Source: Chiloscyllium plagiosum
Lineage: Eukaryota
Length of the DNA: 64,000 bases
Reading direction: 5' to 3'
Assembly: GCF_004010195.1 (NCBI RefSeq)
Contig: NC_057711.1
Coordinates: 71,400,511 to 71,464,510 of the forward strand
Within the stretch, counting starts at the first letter, position 1, and the number at the start of each line of letters is the position of its first letter. The position numbers were made by a program, and so were the translations under genes. Below are positions 48,881 to 61,500 of the stretch, piece after piece. Below the pieces are notes generated by a model. The model searched no databases, had not been told where the DNA came from, and saw only the letters and a program-made list of their open reading frames with translations.

Positions 48881-49510
48881 CCTCAAAAAACTCAACCAAG
48901 TTTGTGAGACATGATTTCCCACGCACAAAGCCATGTTGACTATCCATAATCAGTCCTTGTCTTTCCAAATACATGTAAATCCTGTCCCTCAGGATTTGCT
49001 CTATTCCCTCCAACAACTTGCCCACCACTGATGGTAGGCTCACTGGTTCTCTAGCTTTTCCTTACTACTATGGTGGACTTGATCAGGTCCTGGGGATTTA
49101 TCCACTTTTATGTGTTTCAAGACATCCAGCACCTCCCCCTCTGTAATATGGACATTTTTCAAGATGTCATCATCTATTTCCCCATATTCTATATCTTCCA
49201 TGTTATTTTCCACAATAAACATTGATGCAAAATACTTGTTTAGTATCTCGCCCATCTCCTGGGGCTTCACACATAGGCTGCCTTGCTGATCTTTGAGGGG
49301 CCCTATTCTCTCCCTCGTTACCCTTTTGTCTTTAATGTATTTATAAAAACCTCTTGGATTCTCTTCAACCCTATTTCCCAAGCTATTTCATGTCCCCTTC
49401 TTGCCTATCTGGTTTTCCTCTTAAGTATACTCCTACTGGCTTTATAATCTTCTAAGGATTCACTCGATCTATCCTGTCTATACTTGACATATGCTTCCTT
49501 CTTTTTCTTA
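48881..49510 (-). mobile_element. CR1/HER1-type LINE upstream ORF2 part (subfamily 1)
   Basis: ENPRGFYKYIKDKRVTRERIGPLKDQQG...KSPGPDQ and QHGFVRGKSCLTNL; closely matches 15580-16010. Confidence 0.93.
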
Positions 49511-49670
49511 CATTTTTAGATAATCAAGGCACAAAGGGGTATGATGAGAAAAATACAAAAATGTGATTTTGAGATGGAGAATCATCATGATCATATTGAA
49601 TTTTGCAGTAGGCACGAAGGCCTGAACACTACAATCCTACTCCTAATTTCAATCTTCCATGTCTTTGCTA
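49510..49670 (+). mobile_element. Old CR1-type 3' tail
   Basis: catgatcatattgaa...aggcacgaaggcctgaa...cctactcctaatttc. Confidence 0.55.
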
Positions 49671-49820
49671 TACGCCGTCCATGCCTGCAAATTGAATTTT
49701 GTATTTTGATAACGTTAAAGTCAGCAGAAATGACATTACGAAAGATTGAGAGGAGCCATTATTTGTGTGACTTCTAAGGGTCTTGTGTGAATCACACAAG
49801 TTTGGATTCTCATTCTTACA

Positions 49821-50119
49821 TTAGATTAGATTAGAGTAACTAGATTAGATTACCTACAGTGTGGAAACAGGCCCTTCGACCCAACAAGTCCACACCGCCC
49901 CGCCGAAGCGCAACCCACCCATACCCCCACATTTACCCCTTACCTAACACTACAGGCAATTTAGCATGGCCAATTCACCTGACCTGCACATCTTCGGACT
50001 GTGGGAGGAAACCGGAGCACCCGGAGGAAACCCACGCAGACACGGGGAGAACGTGCAAACTCCACACAGTCAGTCGCCTGAGGCGGGTATTGAACCCGGG
50101 TCTCTGGCGCTGTGAGGCA
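49821..50119 (-). mobile_element. HE1-type SINE, young, 5'-truncated
   Basis: Near-identical reverse complement of 31820-32110, with a (ttaga)n tail. Confidence 0.96.
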
Positions 50120-50634
50120 AATACATGTAAGTGTATTATTTATCTGTGCTAAATGCTGTGTCAGGTTTGGTGTTAGATCTGGATGTATTGCTGAATGCAC
50201 TGTCAGCATCAGTATTTAATATGGGGTAGTACTGGGAGAGTGCTGTCGTGTTGCAGACCCTCCCTTTTCACTGTGATATATTGGTCGCCCAGCTGGTGTA
50301 GCACCCTCAGCAGATTCCTGCTCCTGCTGAGGCAGAGTATGGATATCGGATACAGACATGTCCCCTGTTATCAATGTCCAGCATGTCTCACTGTGTGGTC
50401 AATCTGCCTTTCTGCATGTGATTTCCATTCCACAGCAATGTGGCTGACTCTACACTGGCATAGAAAACCTCTCCATTGCACTGAACTGCTACAAAGTCTG
50501 AAAGGAATGAAAATGGACAGCCAGTGGATCGACTATGGCACAGGAAACAATAAGGGGACACTCAGCCCTGTTGACATTGCAAAACCCTTCCTCTTGGAAA
50601 TGTCTCGCCCCATAGACTAGTCAAGCAACAGCTT

Positions 50635-50928
50635 ATTTTTAGTTTTTTCTAATAATCTCTTTGCCTCAATTGATCGGATTACATGTCATCTCTTCACTTG
50701 CTATTCAGCAGTTGACACTTTACTCACACCATCTGACAATTTTGATCACCTGCAAAGACTTATTATTCAACCTGTCAACACTCCACTCACACCATTTGTG
50801 TGATCTTTTGATCTCTTGCCTCTAAATCCTGTGCCTATATGCTTCTCTTCATTCCACCTGATGAAGGAGCAGCTCTCCGAAAGCTTTTGATTTCAAATAA
50901 ACCTATTGATTATAACCTGATGTTGCCG
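50635..50928 (+). mobile_element. PLE terminal-repeat fragment (family C) nested in the second LINE
   Basis: cac-CTGATGA-a-GGAG-cagct-CTCC-GAAAGCTT at 50855-50886, then caaataaacct...tataacctg as at 8700-8730; the 5' boundary is uncertain. Confidence 0.75.
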
Positions 50929-52069
50929 TCTGACCAAGGCAAGAGCCTGACACTGTCGTCATGGAGTCATACATTATACACAATGTCCCAGACGTCACCA
51001 TAACCATCCCTGGGTACATATGCAGCCTCACTGGCAGGATAGACCCATCAAAGGTGGCAACCATGTGGTATTCAATCCAAGGGAGTTGCCCTAGGAGTCC
51101 TACACATTAAGTCCAGACTCCATGATGTCTCAAGATATCAGAGCAACCACTGGCAAGGAAACCTTATGATTGCCATGTTCCACAACACCCTCCCTAAACA
51201 CCTTCCCTCACCTCAGCTGATGAATTAATATTCCTCCATATTGAATGTCACCTGAACGAAGCACTGAGGGTGACAATGGCACAGAACAGACTCTGGGTGG
51301 GAACTTCAATGTCCATCATCAAGGCTGGCTGTATCACTACAAGTAATCATGCTGGATTAGTTCGAGGGAATGGAATTGCTAGAATTGGCCAGCAGAAGAT
51401 AGGAAGGGAATCAACTTTGAGACACCGTCCTCACCAATTTGCCCTATGCCAAACATCTGTTGATGACAATACCAGTAGGAATGACCATTGCATAGTTCTT
51501 GTGGGCTCAAAGTCCGACTGCACATTGAGGATACCCCCAGTGTATTGTGTAGCACTATCACAATGCTGAATGGGATAGACTTTGAACAGATCTAGCAACT
51601 GTGGGCCATAAGAACCAGCAGAATTGTATTCAGCAACAATTTCTAACCTTATTTCCTGGCATATCCTCAGGCTATCAACATCAGGCCAAGGGAAAATCAC
51701 TGAAAAGTGCTAGAGGGCATGTTGGGAGCAGCAGCAGGCAAAACTTAAAACCAAGATGTTAATCAGGTGAAGCCACAATATGGGACAATTTGCATATCCA
51801 ACAGGGGAAGCAGTATGCAACAAGCAGCACTTAATAATCCCACAAGCAACAGTTCTACGTTCTGTAGTCCTACCATGTTCATTTGTCAATGGTGGTGAAC
51901 AGTTAAACAACTCTTTGGAGGAGGAAGCACTGCAAATATCCACATCCTTGTGAAGAAGGAGCCAAGCACCTCAGTGCAAAAAGACAAGGCTGAAGCATTT
52001 GCAACCACCATCAACTAGAACTGCTGATTAGATGATGCACTTCAACTTCCTCCTGAGGTTCCCAGGATC

Positions 52070-52380
52070 ACCTAACATGCAGGTACAACCAGTAATCAGG
52101 AAAGCTGACGAAATATTATGTTCTGTTGTGCGGGAGTTGAATACAAGAGTAGGGAAGTTACACTTCAGTTATATAGGGCATTGGTGAGACTGCATCTGGA
52201 GTACTGTGTTTGATATAGGTCATTGTGGATACTACATCATTACGTGTTTTTAAGACAGACATCGATAGATTCTTGGAGTAGCGGGACTTTGAATTTAGGG
52301 CTAAAGCCAGATCAGCTATGATCTTAATGAATGATGGTGTGTATACAAGACTGAGTGCCCTCCTCTTGTTTGTTCACTTG
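52070..52380 (+). mobile_element. Old CR1-type fragment nested in the second LINE
   Basis: catgcaggtacaaccagtaatcagg...ggcattggtgagactgcatctggagtactgtg...gatcagctatgatcttaatgaatg. Confidence 0.7.
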
Positions 52381-54648
52381 TAACACAAATACTAGTATTC
52401 CATTTGCAATTGCTCAGATACTGAAGTAGTCTATTCCTAAACACAGCAAGGCCTGAACAATATCCAGGCTTGGCCAGACAACAAGGAAGTAACATTCACA
52501 CTATACAAGTGCCATGTAATCAATATCTCTAACAAGAGACAATTCAACCATTGCCCCTTGACAATCACTGCACTACCATTGCTAAATCACCCACTATCAA
52601 CATCCTGGGGGTTATCATTGACCAAATACTGAACAGTCATAAAATACTGTGCTTACAAGAACAAGAGGTTGTGAATCTATAGTAAGTAATTCACCTCCTC
52701 ACTCCTCAAAGCTTGTCCATCATCTGCAAGACACGTGTCTGGAGTGTGATGGAGTACTTGCCATTTGTATGGATGTGGAAAGCTCAATATCATCCAGGAC
52801 AAAGCAGCCTTCTTCATTGAAACCCCAACTAACAACTCAACCATTTATTCTCTCCATCACTGACACACAGTGGGAGCAGTGTGTCCATAAGTTATACTGC
52901 AACAACTCACCAAGACTCTTCGACAATATTTTCCAAACTTGTGGCCTCTACTACCGAGAAGGACAAGAGTTTCCTAAACATAAGAACATCATTACCTGCA
53001 AGAAGCCCTTCCAATTCCCACATCATTCTGATTTGGAGTTAAATCGCCATTCCTTTATTGTCACTGGGTCAATATCCTATAGCACCCTTCCTATCAACAT
53101 TCTGGGTGTACCTTCACTGTGTGGACTGCAGCAGTTCAAGAAGGCAGCTCACCATCACCTTCTCAAGAGTGATTTAGCGATGCTGGCCCAGCCATTTCCA
53201 AGAACGAACAAGTGAATTAATTACAAACTTTGTTCAGACTTATCATCAACATTTTGCAGTTTATGTGCTCTCTTTTACTATTAAAATCAGGTTGAATTAA
53301 AGTTGAATTGGTTTGAATTTGTTCCAAGCTGCTAACAGTGTACTTTTGACTCTGCTCAAGGCATGCATCAGATGGCATTAAATCTCTTGCTGACAGGTGG
53401 ACTCTGGTGTAAACAGAAGCATGATATGAATGAGGATTCAAATTGGAATCCGTGCATCAGCCTGAAGCCACATTGAAAACAAAATCAGGAGTTGACACTT
53501 TTTATTCTGAACATGTGATGGCTGTGCAATTTGGCTAAATTAAAAGAGCTGCAAAGTCAGAATGATCATCCATAAAGACTGGAAATTATTGAATAGGAAG
53601 AAAAAATTAAATTAAATCAAGAGGAAATAAACGATGTGACAAATTTAGGGCAAATGGTGCTGAAGAACATTGGGCTGATTATACCAGGAAAGCAAAACAA
53701 AAGAATTAGAAAGTCTGAAAGACGTTATGAAGAAAGACTAACTGGGGAAGGAAAGGATGTTATAAATAGTCAAAAAGTAAAATAACAAGAAGAAGGAGCA
53801 TAGTCAAACATGGTTGAAAATTCAAATCATCTTGCAGAGAAGCAAATGGTAGGGCTTTATTGTCGGTAACTGGAATCGAGCCTGCGGTTGGAGAACAAGT
53901 GCATTGCTTTCCTCCACAAGACCCAAATCTATTACATTTCAATCAGGCACTTCTCTGGACAGAGTTAGACTCTCTGTACTGAGCAAGCCCCCAGTAGGAT
54001 GAAAACACCACCCCTCACACCTGTCAGCCAGTCAGCTAGTAGCAAACGCCAGTCCATGCTGTGTCAGCGAGAGTGTTGGCGACTGTGGGGCACTCACTTG
54101 ACAATGTTGAAGGATCACTGGAAATGATGGCTGAGATTTGAAGAAGGTGTTGCATATAAGGAAGTGAATGGGGTGGGACATAAGGGAAAGGCTTTTACCT
54201 TCCTTCAGGTCCCATCCGATTCTGTCCCAAGTCCTCCCCTGAGCACTGACTGCCTGTGATTAAGGTAACCCTCTCCTACCCAACAGTGTGTACTGGGCAG
54301 TCTAACCAAAAATTCAGTCCCACTCGCATTCCCCCCGAGCCCCCACCCCCACCGTCAACATGGGTTGAATGCCAGCAGAGGCTGGGTGAGGCCTTTAATT
54401 GACTGTGTTTCAGAGTCTCAATTGGCCTCTCAGTGAGAAGGGTGCCCACAAGGCTTCCAGTTGTGGATTTGACCAGAGGGGATTGGGAGTGAAGCGGGAC
54501 CTCCACCTCACATCCTCCTGCCTGGTCACCAATGCCTCCCCATCCACTGAACATTTTTGACAAAGACAGGGTATTGTATTCAACTCAATGAATAACTACT
54601 TTACATTCTATGGTTTCCTAATGGTAACAAGCAGCAAGGCCCATTCAT

Positions 54649-55025
54649 GAGGTTTATAAAATCATGAGATGCATGGATAGGGTAAATAGACAAGGTCTTT
54701 TCCCTGGGTTAGGAGAGTCCAGAACTAGATGGTATAAGTTTAGGTTGAGAGAGGAAAGATATAAAAGGGAACTAGGAGGCAACATTTTCATGCAGAGGGC
54801 GGTGCATGTATAAAATGAGCTGCCCGAGGAAGTGGTGTAGGCTGGTACAATTGCAGCATTTAAAAGTCATCTGGATGGGTACATGAATAGGAAGGGTTTA
54901 AACAGATATGGGCCAGGTGCTGGCAACTGGTACTAGTCTAATTTAGGATATCTGGTCAGTATGGACGAATTGGACCAAAGGGTCACTTTCTGTGCTATAT
55001 ATCTCAATGACTCTATGACTCTATG
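54649..55025 (+). mobile_element. CR1/HER1-type LINE 3' end
   Basis: Matches 38930-39296; (gactctat)n tail. Confidence 0.93.
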
Positions 55026-55599
55026 TCCATTAAGCCAAGACCAGCCAACTCAATGTAGACCATTAAACATGTGTCTGCCCTGATTGACTCAGCTCAGAAT
55101 CACTTCGACCCTGACATATATCCTTTAAACCAGGGGAAGAACTCGACTAAATTAGACTGGATCATTTGGAACAAAGGTTTGCTAACTGTGATCATTAACA
55201 ATCAATACTCACGTCATATTTAAGGGAAAAAAGAACAATGAGGTATATTTCAAGAATTTGTGTGTTCAATAAAATTTAGATAGAAACCTTGAGAGGTTTG
55301 CTGACCTCTGCACAAGAATGTTCAATATACATGACTGGTCAGAGAATCTCTGTGCCTAATTTGTAAAATCTGTCCTATTGTGACAATCTCCATGATTTTG
55401 ACTGCTTGAATGGATTCAACAGTACATATTGAAAGCTCTTGTAATGTCTAAAGAAGCAGAAGGGCCAGGTCAGTGATACTAACTGAAAAGCTGTGGGGAC
55501 CACTTCTGGGTTCACCATTATAAGAATCTTCTCATTCACTTTTTTTCAAGGAAATGAATTAGGGGGTGAATCACACCAAACAGCAGAGCCAACAAGATA

Positions 55600-57706
55600 A
55601 AGCTAGTTAATTCCACAATGGATCAGCTCCGAGCTATGCAGTTCAGTCACATCCAGTTGAGAATGGCAGTGGATAATTAAATGACTCACTGGGGGAAGCG
55701 ATTCCACAAATAGCCCCATCCTCAATGATGAAGGAGCCTGACATGTCTTTTTAAAGGGTAAACCTTCAGCCACAGCTCCAAGTGAGTAATCCATCTTAGC
55801 TATCTCCTAAGGGTCCCTGCATTACAGATGTCAGTCTTCAGCCAATTTCATTCACTTCCCTTGATATCAAGAAATGGATGAAGATGCTGGATACAGCAAA
55901 AGCTACGATCCTTAACAATATTCTGACTACAATCCTGAAAACCTGTGCTTCAGCACTCACCATGTCCCTCACCATGTCCCTCTAGAGTACATACTACATT
56001 GGCATTTACCTGGCAATATATAAAACAATCTAATTCAGAAAAGGCAGCAAAATCCAACCAGGTCAGTTACAGATTCATCATTCTACACTCGATCATCAGT
56101 AAAGTGATGTAAAGATTGTTAAAGTGTTACCAATTGGCATTTGCTCAGTAATTACTTGGTCACTGGTGCTCATCGGGGCCACCTAGCTCCTGACATCCTT
56201 GGTCCAAACATGGGCAAAAGAGCTGAATTCCAGAGATGAAGAGAGAGTGTCTGCTGTTGACCTCATGACAATATTTGATCATGTGTGGCACTAAGGAGCC
56301 CCAACCAAACCGAAATCGGGGTAAATGTTCTCTAGTTATTGGTGTCATATCTAGCACAAATGAAGGTAGTAATGGTTGTTGGAGGTCAATCTGCTCAGTA
56401 ACAGGGCATTTCTATAGGAGTTCCTCAGGGTAGTGTCCTAGAGCCAACCATCCTCAGCTGCTTCATCAATGACCTTCCCTCCATCATAAGATTGGAAATG
56501 GGGATGTTCGCCAGAGATTGCACAATATTCAGCATCATTCGCGACTCCTCAGATACTGAAGCAGTCCATGCCCAAATGCAACAAGATCTGGACAGAACCC
56601 AGTCTTGAGCTGATAAGGGATAAATAATATTTACACCATCTGTGTGACAGTAAATTACCACCTCCAATAAGAAAGAATCTGACCAATTTGGGCGGCACAG
56701 TGGCTCACAGTACCAGGGAGTCAGTTTCGATTCCAGCCTTGGGTGACTGTCTGTGTGGAGTTTGCACATTCTCCCTGTGTCTGTGTGGGTTTCCTCTGGG
56801 TCCTCTGGTTTCCTCCCACAGTCCAAAGATGTGTGGGTTAGATGAATTGGCCATGCTAAATTGCCCGTAGTGATCAGGAATGTGTAGGTTAGGTGCATTA
56901 GTCAGGGGAAATGTCGAGCAATAGGGCAGGGGAATGGATCTGAATAGGATACTCTTCAGAGGGTTGGTGTAGACTTTTGGGCAAACTGGCCTATTTCCAC
57001 ACTGTAGGGATTGTATGAATATTTTATGAACCATTTACCCTTGAAATTTCAATAGATTACATCTATTGAATTTACCATCCTGAGTAATGAGTGAAAAAGA
57101 AACCAGAAGTGGTCTAGCCATATAACTGCATTGGTTAAAAGAGCAAGTCAGAGGCTAGGAATCTTGAAATGAACAACATACCTCCTGAATCCTTCAAATC
57201 TTGTCCAATACCTACAAGACACAAGTCAGACATGTGATAGAACACTCGCCACTTACCAGGATGAGTGCAGCTTCAACAAGATGCGAGACAAAATTGATAC
57301 TAACAGGGTAAAGCATCCCACTTGATTGGCTTGGTCCATCATCACTGGCATTCACTCCCTCCACCACTGTGGTAATAGTATGTACCAGCTTCAAGATGCT
57401 CTGCATCATCTTGCTAATTCAATAACTTCAACTTCTGCCACCTGGAGGCCACCCAGCAGATACTTGGGAACACCATCACAGCCTGCAAATTCCCCATCAG
57501 ACACCATCCCGACTTTGAATAAAATCACCATTCTTTGATTGATGGTGGGTCAAAGTCCTACAACTCCTTTTCTTACAGCACTGTGGCTCGAATACACAAC
57601 ATGAACAGAGAGGGTCCAAAATGCCATCCCCACTTTCTCAAGGGCAGTTAGGGCTAATCAATAAATGCTGACCTAGCCTATGGCCATTCCATGAACAAAT
57701 GAAAAA
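55600..57706 (+). mobile_element. Second LINE family, RT region to 3' tail
   Basis: GVPQGSVLEPTILSCFINDLPSIIRLEMGMFARDCTIF at about 56417-56530; tail ttctcaagggcagttagggc...aataaatgctgacctagcc...ccatgaacaaatgaaaaa. Confidence 0.85.
56689..57018 (+). mobile_element. HE1-type SINE nested in the second LINE
   Basis: gggcggcacagtggctcacag (short head deletion)...cccacagtccaaagatgtg...ccacactgtagggatt. Confidence 0.92.
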
Positions 57707-58039
57707 CAACTGGAGATCAGCAGCTCTTAAGGTATTTTACAAAACTGTCAACGGTTTGGACTTCAATTAAATTTGACATTTTGTTCCTGGCTTCAAGAAA
57801 TCTACAAGATGATAATGGAGACATGAAGTATCCAAAATCTGTCCCATTTAATGAAGAAAACTTGGATATTTTGACAGAAAACTTGAAGTAAATGAGAAAA
57901 TCTGCTCCCTACTCCAGTGAGCAACAGGTATGACAGAAGTGGCAGCGTCAATGCTACATCTAAATCCAGAGGTTATCAGAGATGAGTCTGAAATATTCTG
58001 AAATAAAAGAGTATTAAACTGAATGTAACAAAGATAATA

Positions 58040-58810
58040 TCTCAGGCCTTGATCTTGCCCTTATCTTATGAGGAACAATTAAGGATTTTGGATCTGTACT
58101 CGATGGTGTTTAGAAGGATGAGAGGGGATCTAACTGAAACTTACAGAATACAACCCCTTTTAAAAAAAAACCAAGGACAACATAACAATATAGTAGGGCA
58201 GCACGGTGGCTCAGTGGTTAGTACTGCTGCCTCACAGGACCAGGGACCCAGGTTCAATTCCAGCCTCGGACGACTATCTGTGTGTTGAGTTTGCACATTC
58301 TCCCCATGTCTGCGTGGGTTTCCTCCGGATGCTCCGGTTTCCTCCCATAATCCAAAAATGTGCAGGTCAGGTAAATCGGCCACGCTAAATTGCCCATAGT
58401 GTTAGGTGTATTAGTCAGAGGGAAATGGGTTACTGTTCGTAGGGTTGTTGTGGACTTGTTGGGCCAAAGGGCCTGTTTCCACACTGTAGGAAATCTAATC
58501 TAATACTGAGGGCCCTGGATAGACTGGACATGGAGAAGATGTTTTCATTAGCAGGGGAGACTAGGACTAAGGGCACAGCCTCAGAATGAAAGGACGACTC
58601 TTTAGAATTGAGATGAGGAGGAATTCCTTCAGCCAGAGAATGGTGAATCTGCGGAACCCACTGCCATAGAAAGCCAAGTCATGAAGTGTCTTAAAGACAG
58701 AGGTAAGTAAATAGATTCTTGATTAGTAAGGGGATCAAGGCTTCTGGGCAGAACGCAGGAGGATGGATTGAGAAACACATCAAACATGACCAAATCACAG
58801 AACAGACTAG
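58040..58810 (+). mobile_element. CR1-type 3' fragment split by a SINE
   Basis: LSYEEQLRILDLYSMVFRRMRGDLTETYRI; resumes at 58503 with atactgagggccctggatagactggac. Confidence 0.8.
58196..58503 (+). mobile_element. HE1-type SINE
   Basis: gggcagcacggtggctcagtggttagt...gggcctgtttccacactgtaggaaatctaatctaa. Confidence 0.95.
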
Positions 58811-61339
58811 AATACACAAACACTTGCTTTCAGAGCTTTCTCAGCTGCACTTCTATTCTCTGAGTGCCTACTCCTTCCAGTTGTGGTGGGATCATGAACG
58901 AATGCAAAACAAAGGTGCTGCATTAGCTATCAGAGTAGTGTGCTGTAACTTTGATGATTACTTTTCTCTCTAAGTCCCATGGAATAGAGCCTTTAATTGA
59001 ATAGAGCCTTTCCCACTCATGTCAGTTATAAATTTTTCTTGAAGACAGAGCAACATTGATGAGGCTGGCAGTTTTGAGAAATTTGCCATCTGTATATAGT
59101 GTTGAGCCCATTCACATCCTTACCTTTTTCCATAATGGCAATATATGATAGGTACATAGAGTAGTCTTATTGTCAGCTTTCTTATTTAAACCAAGAAAAT
59201 TTGCTTTGCATCAATTCAACATAAATAAAATGATATACCTCTGTTGTATTCAATTGTTGGTAGTCCTCAAATAATTAAATTGAATGAAAGCAGGTACTGG
59301 GATATAATTGTGCAATCAAAATTGACAACTCGCTGACAGAAACCACTGATTGAATCAATAATATAAATTATTTCAAAAATCTCACAATCATGTGACATTG
59401 GCAAATAAGTGATGTGGGAAACATAGATGGAAATTGAAAAAAAAACATAAAATGAATAAACTAGTCTTTTAAAATAAACTTTGTTGCAATGAACAATTTC
59501 ACCTTTTAACTTTGTATGTTTGAACCAAAATGTTATTAATAAATGCTGACATTCTGAATACATCAGAAAATTCAAAACATAGGTTCAAAACAACTTATTT
59601 ATTGTTCAATCATTTTGAGACTTGATCACATTTGTGTCATGATTCAGTGCTAGATGGAACTTTATTGCATCTGCCTTAGTGGGATTTTGAAGTCAGCACT
59701 CTCTTGAAGCCTCTTTTCCAAACAAACAGAAATAAGTAGCATTAACTTCACTCCTGATCTATTGTTAATAATTGTGCTGCAGCAAGATGGTGATTATTTT
59801 TCTGCTCTTCGCTGTACAGATATGAAACAGTATAATCAATGAATTGATGGGTTTCTGTGCGAGTATGGTTCCAGAGCTTTTTAACTGAAACAATGATGGT
59901 GTTCATATTATCACATATTGCTGAAATAGGTCTTTTTTTTTGGACTTGCCACACCATTAACTCCAAATCCATTAGTGTCCATTTACAACACAATATTACA
60001 CAATGGCTAGCACTCACAGTCAATTAATGCATTCAGCACTGGCAATGTAATATTGTGAAAAAGGCAATAAAATTACATCGTTATTCTGATGAAATATCTG
60101 CATTCAGTACAATAGCGTAATAGAGATGGGGCCCACAGCATATTTTGTAGTGTTTAGTGAGAGCAAAATTACAAAAGGAGCAGTACAGCTCAACTGAGCA
60201 CAAATTACATGACAGTGGGTGTTAAGTATATTTGTGAGTGGCTATTTTGTTTTTATTGTAGATTCAGTTGATCTCCTACCAAAAAAACTGACCTGTTGAC
60301 AATATTCACAATTGAACTTAGTACTTTTACTTGCACTTACCCATGAGTACTATAATAAAAGTTTCAGCTTTTTCTCATGTTTGGTCTTTGCTTTCTCTTT
60401 CTCTCAATTACATTATCTCACTCCTTTTTTTATTTACTTTATCTCTGCTTCATTTTTTCTCCATGCTTGATTTGATTTTATAATCTTATTGCATTGGTTC
60501 TGCTAATCTACTTTCATTCCTTTTAACATTTAAAAATAAAGGAACTACTTCATGCACTCTCCGTGGTCAAAATTGACAATGCACCACTTAGTGAGCTCCG
60601 ACTGTGAGTTCTTTACTCACTCAAGTCTATGCCTCAGTTGAAATGGGACAGTATTAATTTTGAATGCTCACATTCCAAGTGAGCCTTGAGAGACAATTTT
60701 AGAAAATGTATCTTTTTTCCCAAATTTTCTCCCTTTCCTTAGAGTCTGGGTCTTTGCTGGGACATGTTTTCTGGATCTTTAGCAACCTTCTGCAACCTGT
60801 CAAAGTCTCAAAGCTTCGGGACTGAGCCTTAACAATGATTCTTGGCAGCTTATTCCACTATAACAGACATCGCACAAGAGAAATTCTGCATATACCTGAC
60901 AATTACATGAGCACTTTCTCATGGGACCCTCTGAAGAGCTCCCAAGTCATGGAGTGTTATTGCATAGTACTACTTCACTGCCTGTTATCTTTTAACTCAA
61001 CATAGATCTGGATCAAACATAACCATTTTTAAAGTAAGTAATGTATTTCACAAGTCAGCATGATTTAATATTTTTCTTGCCTGTATTGGTCTGCCTTGAA
61101 GGACAGTTTAGGAATCACTTTAGAGGTAGAACCACGATGGTCATCCTTCCATCTGGATAAGATGACGGACATGCAGAAAATGAAATTCATTGGGGATGCT
61201 TATGAAGCAGTTTTGCTGATGGATGAAGTGACCAATCTTAGAGAGGTAGGTTCTGCTGCATTTATGAATTGGTTATCAGGTGTGTTGCGGGTAATTGTTG
61301 CCAAGGTGCTGTAACCGCCGATCATCATGGTGATGCACA

Positions 61340-61500
61340 CTGGCCCACCAGGGATGTTGTCACGTTCCTCTGTCAGCGGTGTATGGCCCACAGGTATGAG
61401 AATCAATGTTTAGTGTCTTCACATCATCCTTGTATCCATCCTTGAAATAGAGGTTTGTGTGCCTCATTGGTTTTCTGGTCCTAGCCATTTCATCACACAG
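61340..61500 (-). mobile_element. Possible RTE-type LINE C-terminal remnant
   Basis: Minus strand reads KPMRHTNLYFKDGYKDDVKTLNIDSHT, resembling RTE RP.GRPKLRYKD..K.D.K...ID...W. Confidence 0.35.

Larger units (their letters stand above)
50390..53215 (+). mobile_element. Second LINE family (CR1/L2-like), decayed and internally deleted
   Basis: Endonuclease-like ITIPGY...DRPIKGG and post-RT segments shared with 55600-57706; 3' end ggactgcagcagttcaagaaggcagctcaccatcaccttctcaag. Confidence 0.75.

Noticed and set aside
49782..49800. Perfect 9-bp hairpin cttgtgtga-a-tcacacaag
   Set aside because: Short enough to occur by chance in 64 kb; no associated structure.
52649..53215. 188-aa ORF as a possible host gene
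   Set aside because: It lies in the 3' part of the second LINE family and aligns with 57150-57700.
54040..54560. GC-richer patches resembling decayed MITEs (also about 25450-25930, 37320-37900, 43130-43325)
   Set aside because: No terminal inverted repeats or alignable second copy could be established by eye.
60330..60362. Minus-strand tag-TACTCATGG-gtaagt possible 9-nt exon
   Set aside because: The upstream sequence on that strand is purine-rich with almost no pyrimidine tract.
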